A stretch of 64,000 nucleotides of DNA from Gloeobacterales cyanobacterium (GTDB lineage Bacteria; Cyanobacteriota; Cyanobacteriia; Gloeobacterales; PMM-0068): contig JBBRSB010000016.1 of NCBI GenBank assembly GCA_038245785.1, positions 1-64,000 on the forward strand, in the 5' to 3' direction. How positions within the stretch are numbered: the first letter of the stretch is position 1; the number at the start of each line of letters is the position of its first letter. A program made the position numbers and the translations under genes. The notes under the pieces were generated by a model. The model searched no databases. It saw only the letters and a list, made by a program, of their open reading frames with translations, and was not told the origin of the DNA. Below are positions 57,610 through 64,000 of the stretch, one piece after another.

Positions 57610-57814
57610 AAGCTACCTTTGCAGTCTCTCAGGGCATAAATACCTATCTAGTAATAGTTTAGCTGCAGGATTGTTCGGCTTGGAAACTCTTAACTTTACT
57701 CGCGGAATCCCCCATTCTCTAACGCGGTGGGGCAGGTCACGGGAAACCACATAATGACGGCAGTAAACGCTACACGCTAGCATAAAAGAGAACGCCGTTA
57801 GTGTAGGAACGTCC

Positions 57815-58129
57815 ATGGGATTTTTTGATTCTGACATTGTCCAAAAGGAAGCAGCACAGTTCATGCAGGACTATCAAAATCTGACAGCCTTGGGTGGTAA
57901 GTACGGCCAGTTTGACCGGGCTGGCAAAGAAATGTACATTGCCCAGATGGAAGACCTGCTCAGCCGCTATCGCATCTTCTTGAAACGGATGGAACTGTCC
58001 GATGATTTTATGGCGCAGATGTCCATGAAGCAGATGCATGAACAAATTGGTAATCTCGGGGTAAGCCCAGCCCAAATGTTTGAGCAGATGGAGCGGTCTC
58101 TAGCGCGGATGAAACAGGAAATTCAATGA
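57815..58129 (+). CDS. DUF1825 family protein
   Basis: MGFFDSDIVQKEA...YGQFDRAGK...RYRIFLKRMELSDDF. Confidence 0.9.
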   Translation: MGFFDSDIVQKEAAQFMQDYQNLTALGGKYGQFDRAGKEMYIAQMEDLLSRYRIFLKRMELSDDFMAQMSMKQMHEQIGNLGVSPAQMFEQMERSLARMKQEIQ

Positions 58130-58566
58130 AAAAGGCCCAAGGTCGATCCATGCTATCTCAAACGCATAAGCAGACGGGACTGCGCCAAACCAAAGGCCAG
58201 CAGGCAGTTCTCGATACCTTGGGAAGGAGCGAACATCTGCTCAGCGCTCAGGAAATCTATGTCCAACTCAGAGCGACAGAGTATCCTGTGGGGCTGGCGA
58301 CGGTCTATCGGGCAGTGGAGTCTCTGGTGGAAGAAGGGAAAATCCAGTCCATCAGTTTGGAAGGCCAAGCCTACTACCAAGTTGCTCAAGGCAGGCATAG
58401 CCGTCACCATTTAGTTTGTCTGGAATGCAAAAAAGTAATCCCGATTGCTGGTTGCCCGGTAGGTGAACTGGAGCGTCAACTCTCCTCCCAGCATGCTTTT
58501 GTGATTAACTATCACGTGCTGGATTTTTTTGGCACCTGTGCTCAGTGTGATTCCCTTAGTCCTTAA
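58126..58566 (+). CDS. zur: Fur family regulator, Zur/FurB-like
   Basis: SAQEIY..L...VGLATVYR, HHLVCLEC, CPV.ELE.QL, YHVLDFFGTCAQC. Confidence 0.82.
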   Translation: MKKAQGRSMLSQTHKQTGLRQTKGQQAVLDTLGRSEHLLSAQEIYVQLRATEYPVGLATVYRAVESLVEEGKIQSISLEGQAYYQVAQGRHSRHHLVCLECKKVIPIAGCPVGELERQLSSQHAFVINYHVLDFFGTCAQCDSLSP

Positions 58567-59696
58567 GACAAATTCTCAGCCCTCACCAGCAGAACAAGAT
58601 TATCTCGGTGGACCGCTTCTTCTGCGCCTTCATGGCCCAATATTTCTGGAATACGGTCACTTTTTTGACCAAGTAACTTACGCAAATCACTGCTGCTGTA
58701 GTTAACCAATCCACGAGCAAATGCTGAACCGTTTAAATCACATAGGTCCACCAGCGATTGAGCTTTAAAATTTCCCTCCATCGCCTTGATCCCTGCAGGC
58801 AGAAGTGATTTACCCTGGGCTTGAAGCGCTTTTACGGCGCCCTTGTCTAAGAGCAGTTTCCCTTTGGGCACGAGGCCATAGGCTATCCAAAGTTGACGGG
58901 AGTTCATCGGCTCTTTCTGTGGCAGAAATTTAGTTCCGATGGCCTCTCCCGCCAGAATTTTGGGCAGATTTTGGGGAATGGCTCCATCCGTAATCACCAT
59001 CGTGATTCCGCCCACCGTAGCGATTCGGGCGGCTTCCAGTTTAGTGAGCATGCCTCCAGTGCCCCAGGCACTCCCTTTCCCGACCGCTACTTGGTCTAGC
59101 TCGGCAGAGACTTTGTCTACTTCTGCGATCAGTTGAGCTTCCGGGTCCAGATGGGGATTGGCGGAATATAATCCGGCTACATCAGTGAATAGAATTAACC
59201 AGTTGGCTTTGACTAGCGTTCCAACCCGTGCTGAAAGAGTATCGTTGTCTCCGAACTTGAGTTCTTCTACCGCGACCGTGTCATTTTCATTGATGACGGG
59301 AATGACGCCGAGGGCAAAAAGTTCATTCAAGGTGCGGTATATATTCAAATAGCGGTCACGGTCTACTAAATCGGCTCTGGTCAGTAGCACTTGGGCAACG
59401 GGCTGGTCAAGAAAGGAAAAAAAACGGTCATAGAGACTCATCAGCAAGCCTTGCCCAACCGCAGCAGTGGCCTGTTTGCCTTCTAACGTAGTCGGACGAG
59501 TCTTCATCCCTAACCGCTTGGCTCCTACGCCCACGGCTCCAGAGCTAACGAGGACTACTTTCCAACCTGAACGTCTAAGCCGGGTGAGCTCTTCGGCCAA
59601 ACCACCAATCACAGACAGCTTCAAGTCTCCCGTGGTCCGGTCTGTCAGACTTGAAGTGCCAATTTTTACGACTACCGTACCGAGTTTTTGGGCCAT
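58563..59696 (-). CDS. proB: Glutamate 5-kinase with PUA domain
   Basis: VVKIGTSSL, VSSGAV, INENDTV, FGDNDTLS, GTGGM.TK, HRDNL. Confidence 0.97.
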   Translation of the reverse strand: MAQKLGTVVVKIGTSSLTDRTTGDLKLSVIGGLAEELTRLRRSGWKVVLVSSGAVGVGAKRLGMKTRPTTLEGKQATAAVGQGLLMSLYDRFFSFLDQPVAQVLLTRADLVDRDRYLNIYRTLNELFALGVIPVINENDTVAVEELKFGDNDTLSARVGTLVKANWLILFTDVAGLYSANPHLDPEAQLIAEVDKVSAELDQVAVGKGSAWGTGGMLTKLEAARIATVGGITMVITDGAIPQNLPKILAGEAIGTKFLPQKEPMNSRQLWIAYGLVPKGKLLLDKGAVKALQAQGKSLLPAGIKAMEGNFKAQSLVDLCDLNGSAFARGLVNYSSSDLRKLLGQKSDRIPEILGHEGAEEAVHRDNLVLLVRAENLS

Positions 59697-59774
59697 AGTG
59701 CAGGTCACAAGGTCAAGAGAGCCTATCTATTATCCTTAGGAGCTGTACCCTGGTGGTAGCACTGAAATTATTGA

Positions 59775-61244
59775 ATGGCCTTACAACAACTCCAACGAAA
59801 CTGGCGGGCCGTCGCCAAAAAATTTGAAGCAATTGTCGGTAAAACCGCAGTCGTCTGGGCTCCTGAGGAGTTAGTGGTTTTTGAATGTGACGGTTTGACC
59901 AGTTATCGAGAACGCCCGGAAGTAGTAGTGCTGCCCCAGACCACGGAGCAGTTGGCAGAAGTAATTAAAATCTGCAACCGTGAAGAGATTGCTTTTGTCG
60001 CTAGAGGCTCTGGCACCGGGTTATCTGGAGGTGCCTTGCCCGTTGAGAACTGTGTGCTGATTGTCACAGCCCGGATGCGCAAAATTTTAGAAGTGGATCT
60101 GGAAAATCAGCGAGTTGTCGTTCAGCCAGGAGTGATTAACAGTTGGGTGACCCAAGCCGTCAGCGGTGCAGGGTTTTACTATGCGCCAGACCCTTCCAGC
60201 CAAATCATCTGCTCTATCGGAGGCAATGTGGCGGAGAACTCAGGGGGGGTTCACTGCCTGAAGTATGGAGTGACCACCAATCACGTTCTTGGTCTAAAGT
60301 TAGTCCTGCCGGATGGCTCCATTGTTGATGTTGGCGGTAAGTTACCCGAGATGCCTGGTTATGATCTAACGGGCATTTTTGTCGGCTCAGAGGGAACCTT
60401 AGGCATTGCCACAGAAATCACGCTCAAGATTCTGAAGGCACCGGAAACGGTTCATGTTCTACTCGCTGACTATGCCACGGTGGAAGAAGCAGGGTCTACG
60501 GTCTCTGACATCATTAGCGCAGGCGTTATCCCTGGTGGCATGGAAATCATGGATAACTTAAGCATCAACGCCGTAGAAGATGTAGTCGCGACAAACTGCT
60601 ATCCACGGGATGCGGGAGCAATTCTACTGATTGAAATTGATGGACTGGCTGTAGAAGTTGAAGCCAGCAGTCAAATTGTTGAAAAACTCTGTCGCAAAAA
60701 TGGAGCCCGAAATGTCAAGGTGGCTACCGACCCCGATGAACGCTTAAAAATGTGGAAAGGGCGAAAGGCGGCGTTTGCTGCAATGGGGCAGCGCAGCCCT
60801 GATTACTATGTGCAAGATGGCGTCATTCCTCGGACAAAGCTAACCTATGTGCTCAAAGAAATTGAAGCTCTAGGGAAGAAGCACGGTTATGAAGTTGCTA
60901 ACGTTTTCCATGCTGGTGATGGTAATCTCCATCCTTTGATTCTTTACGATAATGCAGTTCCTGGCGCGCTAGAAGAAGTGGAAGAACTGGGTGGTGAGAT
61001 TCTGAAACTCTGTGTGCGCATTGGCGGCAGTATTTCTGGAGAGCATGGAGTCGGTGCCGAAAAGCGCTGCTACATGCCAGAAATGTTCACGCCAGCAGAT
61101 CTGGAAACGATGCAGTGGGTGCGCAAGGTTTTTGATCCAAAAGGGATAGCCAATCCAACCAAGATTTTTCCGACGCCACGCACCTGTGGAGAAGGGGCAC
61201 GCCCTATCCATAACGAGAAGTTCAAATCAGTGGAACGGTATTGA
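59775..61244 (+). CDS. glcD: Glycolate oxidase subunit GlcD
   Basis: RGSGTGLSGG, PDPSSQ, GGVHCLKYGVT, GSEGTLG, FHAGDGNLHP, GEHGVG. Confidence 0.94.
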   Translation: MALQQLQRNWRAVAKKFEAIVGKTAVVWAPEELVVFECDGLTSYRERPEVVVLPQTTEQLAEVIKICNREEIAFVARGSGTGLSGGALPVENCVLIVTARMRKILEVDLENQRVVVQPGVINSWVTQAVSGAGFYYAPDPSSQIICSIGGNVAENSGGVHCLKYGVTTNHVLGLKLVLPDGSIVDVGGKLPEMPGYDLTGIFVGSEGTLGIATEITLKILKAPETVHVLLADYATVEEAGSTVSDIISAGVIPGGMEIMDNLSINAVEDVVATNCYPRDAGAILLIEIDGLAVEVEASSQIVEKLCRKNGARNVKVATDPDERLKMWKGRKAAFAAMGQRSPDYYVQDGVIPRTKLTYVLKEIEALGKKHGYEVANVFHAGDGNLHPLILYDNAVPGALEEVEELGGEILKLCVRIGGSISGEHGVGAEKRCYMPEMFTPADLETMQWVRKVFDPKGIANPTKIFPTPRTCGEGARPIHNEKFKSVERY

Positions 61245-61246
61245 GA

Positions 61247-61273
61247 CTGGCTTCGACTCCGCTCAGCCAGCAA
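61247..61273 (+). repeat. REP-like repeat, left outer copy
   Basis: ctggcttcgactccgctcagccagcaa; inverted copy at 63858-63884 (26/27 identical). Confidence 0.85.
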
Positions 61274-61333
61274 AAGCCAGTGAAAAGACATCAAAGAAGC
61301 AGACCGTGAATTTAAGCTCCCTTTGGCTCTTGC

Positions 61334-61419
61334 TCCCTGAGCGGAGTCGTGTCCGGCACAAAGTACCTGCTGCCGTAGGCAGATTGAACAGGTAGGCGAA
61401 GCCGAGAAGGGAGCGACAA
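61334..61419 (-). repeat. About 86-bp composite repeat, left inner copy
   Basis: Reverse complement closely matches 63213-63298 (gctcccttctcggcttcgcctac...cctacgg...gtactttgtg.cggacacg.ctccgctcaggga). Confidence 0.85.
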
Positions 61420-61573
61420 GGCAATACAGGAGATCTTCATGTGGCCGAGGCATCGGCTGATTGGGCAGTAATCGCGATGAGAAAAAGATGCAGCGGTCAG
61501 ACAGTGGGTGCAATCTTTAAGATGAATTCAAAAAACCTGAATCCAAAATGAGGGAAATTGCTCCTCTGTTTGA

Positions 61574-63004
61574 TTACTGCTGCGTTAAAGAGACAGTACT
61601 TTTTTCCAGCTGCAGAGCACGAGAGAACTCCGGTGCTTCTGCATAAAAGGGACTTTTGTATTTCAACCGATAGTAAAGCATCGGCACAATACCAATCAGA
61701 ATTGAACCCACACTCAAGACGGCAATTGTCCGCTCAAGTTGGGTCAATTGATAAACAAAGAGCATCAACAAAAAGATAGCTGATATCAGCGGCCAAATGC
61801 CTTTGAGTAGCAGGGTCGGCAGGTTTTGCGCCAATTGCTGACGATAATACCAGACACAGGCAAATCCAGTCATCGCGTAGTAGACCGAAACCTGAACGCC
61901 AATCGCGCCGATTAAGCCTGTCATCACTTCACCCACACTAGGACTGGCACTCGATCCAATCAATAGCAGCAGCGCGAGAATGCCAATGACAAAGGTGGCT
62001 AACCAGGGTGTTTGAAAGGTCGGATGCAAGTCCCCAAAGCGTTGGCTAATGACACGATCGCGAGCCATCGAAAACAGCGTACGCGAACATTGTGTTAATT
62101 GCGTTTCGATCGTCCCCACCGTACTCACCAGCACGGCCAGCACTGCAATGTTTCCCCAGGGATGCGGTAACACCTGATTCCCCAGCACGGCCAGCAAATT
62201 TGCTCCAGCCTTGTCAATTTGTTCGGGGGTCATGCCTATTTGGACGAGGTTCTGAATCATTTGAAACAGGAAAAAAACGCCAATCATGCCCAAAACGCCG
62301 CTGTAGCCAGGAGTTGAGTTCGAGCCTCTAGTCTCTTCAGCCACATTTGAAGAAACATCCCACCCAAAATAATAGAAGGTGGCAATTAACATCCCCGCCA
62401 TAAAGGTCTTAAAGTCGCCAAAGCCAGTGGGTGAGAGCCAATTCCAGGAAAATGACTGCACTGGAACCGTAGAAAATTTGACCAGTGCCCCGATCGCCAG
62501 GGCCAGCAAACTAATCACTTCAATCGCTGTCATCAAACGCTGAAATCTAGCTGCAAAACCTACTCCCATTACGGTAATAGTGGCGACGGCAATAAACCAT
62601 AAACTGCCTACAAGGGTCGCTAAGACCAAGTTCTCGGACCATTCGGTTGAAAATAACGATAGGGTGGCAACCCCGATCGGCAACGATGCTGCTGCCATAA
62701 AGAGGGTGCTCAAACTTAGGAATGTCCAACCCGACAGAAACCCCAAGGATGGCTTAATCGTGCGACCTACCCAGGCATAGGAAGCGCCTGCGTCCGATCG
62801 CCATTGGTTGAGATACATAAATGCAAAAGAAATGCCGAACATGGGAATAGCCGCATACAGCAATGCCGCTGGGGAAGCCAATCCCACAGCGGCAACGAGG
62901 GTAGCAGTCGTGGCATTGAGTGAATAAGAAGGAGCTGATCCAGCCACCGCCAAAGTAACCGTATCGATCAACCCGAGTGCCTCCTTCTTTAAACCTTTAG
63001 ACAT
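61574..63004 (-). CDS. APC family amino acid/polyamine permease
   Basis: About 12 TM segments, AGASYAWV, FGWD...AEET, SRTLFSMARD, HPTFQTP. Confidence 0.93.
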   Translation of the reverse strand: MSKGLKKEALGLIDTVTLAVAGSAPSYSLNATTATLVAAVGLASPAALLYAAIPMFGISFAFMYLNQWRSDAGASYAWVGRTIKPSLGFLSGWTFLSLSTLFMAAASLPIGVATLSLFSTEWSENLVLATLVGSLWFIAVATITVMGVGFAARFQRLMTAIEVISLLALAIGALVKFSTVPVQSFSWNWLSPTGFGDFKTFMAGMLIATFYYFGWDVSSNVAEETRGSNSTPGYSGVLGMIGVFFLFQMIQNLVQIGMTPEQIDKAGANLLAVLGNQVLPHPWGNIAVLAVLVSTVGTIETQLTQCSRTLFSMARDRVISQRFGDLHPTFQTPWLATFVIGILALLLLIGSSASPSVGEVMTGLIGAIGVQVSVYYAMTGFACVWYYRQQLAQNLPTLLLKGIWPLISAIFLLMLFVYQLTQLERTIAVLSVGSILIGIVPMLYYRLKYKSPFYAEAPEFSRALQLEKSTVSLTQQ

Positions 63005-63212
63005 TGCCTTACTCCGTTGTTGTATTTGTTGTGAATAATTTCAACCATGCAATCGCTTACATAATGGACGTGCTCAAGCCTGCCCGAGCCTATGTGAGGC
63101 CCGAGTTCCGATATAGGGCAGGAAGCATTCCCACGTATTTAAGATGAGGGCTATATTCAAATTCAATTAGCTGTTAGCTGTTGTATTCTCAAGCACATAA
63201 TTGACTTGAATG

Positions 63213-63368
63213 TTGTGGCTCCCTTCTCGGCTTCGCCTACTGCCTCAATGCTCCTACGGAGCGCAGTACTTTGTGCTGGACACGGCTCCGCTCAGGGAAC
63301 AATGCAAAGTCGAAGGGAAGCCAAGTTCTCTGAGCAGAATTAAGTTCCCTGAGCGGAGCCGAAGGGAA
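63213..63368 (+). repeat. Composite REP-like repeat cluster, right inner copy
   Basis: Inverse of 61334-61419, plus hairpin arms cggctccgctcagggaac / gttccctgagcggagccg. Confidence 0.85.
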
Positions 63369-63389
63369 GGGAATAATTTTGGAGGAGTG

Positions 63390-63820
63390 ATGCCCTATAT
63401 GTATATGCTTGAGTGTGTTGATGACAGCTATTACACGGGCAGCACGACTAATTTAGAATTCGGCTGGAGCAGCACCAAAGTGGTTACGGGGCAAAGCATA
63501 CGGCGAAGCGATTACCTGTGAGGTTAGTCTACTGCGAGTTTTTTGAGCACGTGGCGAATGCGTTCTATCGCGAGAAGCAGGTGCAGGGCTGGAGCCGCAA
63601 AAAGAAGCAGGCATTGATTTCGGGAGATACTAATCTATTGCATAAGCTGGCTGCATGTCAGAATAAGAGCCATTATTTGCTCCCTATGCTTCCTTCGGCT
63701 CCCTTCGACAAGCGTTCGACTGAGGCTTCGACGGTGAGCTCAGCCGAACCGCTCACGCCGAAGTCTCAGGGCAGTGCGCTCAGGGAGCAAAAGCCCAAGC
63801 CAACGGAAGATAAGAGTTGA
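63390..63820 (+). pseudogene. GIY-YIG nuclease, frameshifted near 63460
   Basis: MPYMYMLECVDDSYYTGSTTNLE / RLEQHQSGYGAKHTAKRLPVRLVYCE...REKQVQGWSRKKK; one base missing at gaattcggctg; RBS ggagga. Confidence 0.88.
63688..63788 (+). repeat. Four-level nested short repeat
   Basis: Successive insertions of ttcg...gctca units into each other (detailed in findings). Confidence 0.75.
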
Positions 63821-63857
63821 TGAATGTTCTTTACACATCTACTTCCATTCATACATC

Positions 63858-63884
63858 TTGCTGGCTGAGCGAAGTCGAAGCCAG
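63858..63884 (-). repeat. REP-like repeat, right outer copy
   Basis: ttgctggctgagcgaagtcgaagccag, inverse of 61247-61273. Confidence 0.85.
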
Positions 63885-63893
63885 GGAGCAAAG

Positions 63894-64000
63894 ATGAATT
63901 TGGAAAGTATGAATCTAAGATGGGAAAAATTGCTTCTCCAATTTGGAGTAGAGCAACAAATGGCTCAGAGCTTATTTTTAGATTTGAGCAGGTTCTATTC
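63894..64000 (+). CDS. 5' end of a CDS, possibly a COG4339-type HD phosphohydrolase
   Basis: MNLESMNLRWEKLLLQFGVEQQMAQSLFLDLSRFY; open to the window edge; family guessed from the N-terminus only. Confidence 0.5.
   Translation, partial: MNLESMNLRWEKLLLQFGVEQQMAQSLFLDLSRFY

Noticed and set aside
63182..63198. NtcA site for the permease (tgtattctcaagcaca)
   Set aside because: Mismatch to GTA-N8-TAC and no properly spaced -10
63390..63820. Programmed frameshift in the GIY-YIG gene
   Set aside because: No slippery run at the shift; a simple 1-bp loss or sequencing error is more likely
1..64000. Numerous short ORFs overlapping or antisense to assigned genes; tRNA/rRNA genes
   Set aside because: Shadow frames with no motifs; no tRNA or rRNA signatures noticed

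Overview
64 kb of a cyanobacterial chromosome, probably from an early-branching (Gloeobacterales-like) lineage. That assignment is an inference from the HemY-type protoporphyrinogen oxidase, a compact CrtQ, divergent core proteins, and no HIP1 octamer noticed by eye. Core genes include gcvP (3' end), malQ, a PhrB-type photolyase, hemY, ftsY, radC, zds/crtQ, ribBA, Fd-GOGAT, nblB, exbBD, cobA-hemD, rsmI, zur, proB and glcD. They are interleaved with accessory patches: an Anbu/transglutaminase island, a dense and partly decayed toxin-antitoxin cluster at 22.5-29.3 kb, a truncated IS701, and a TPR + Ser/Thr kinase pair. Most interesting signals: (1) the copper switch petR-petP sits head-to-head with a His-rich TonB-dependent receptor. 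Two 23-bp repeats containing GAC-N5-GTC lie between them, and a third box precedes a distant ferric-reductase-like/exported-protein operon, suggesting an undescribed copper-acquisition regulon. (2) An APC permease lies between two pairs of inverted REP-like repeats; the outer pair also encloses a frameshifted GIY-YIG gene containing a four-level nested repeat. (3) An 11-bp-phased array of DnaA boxes occurs with no dnaA or dnaN in the window. (4) A MITE with TIRs and an 8-bp TSD is inserted into another palindrome. All family assignments come from motif recognition by eye; no searches were run.
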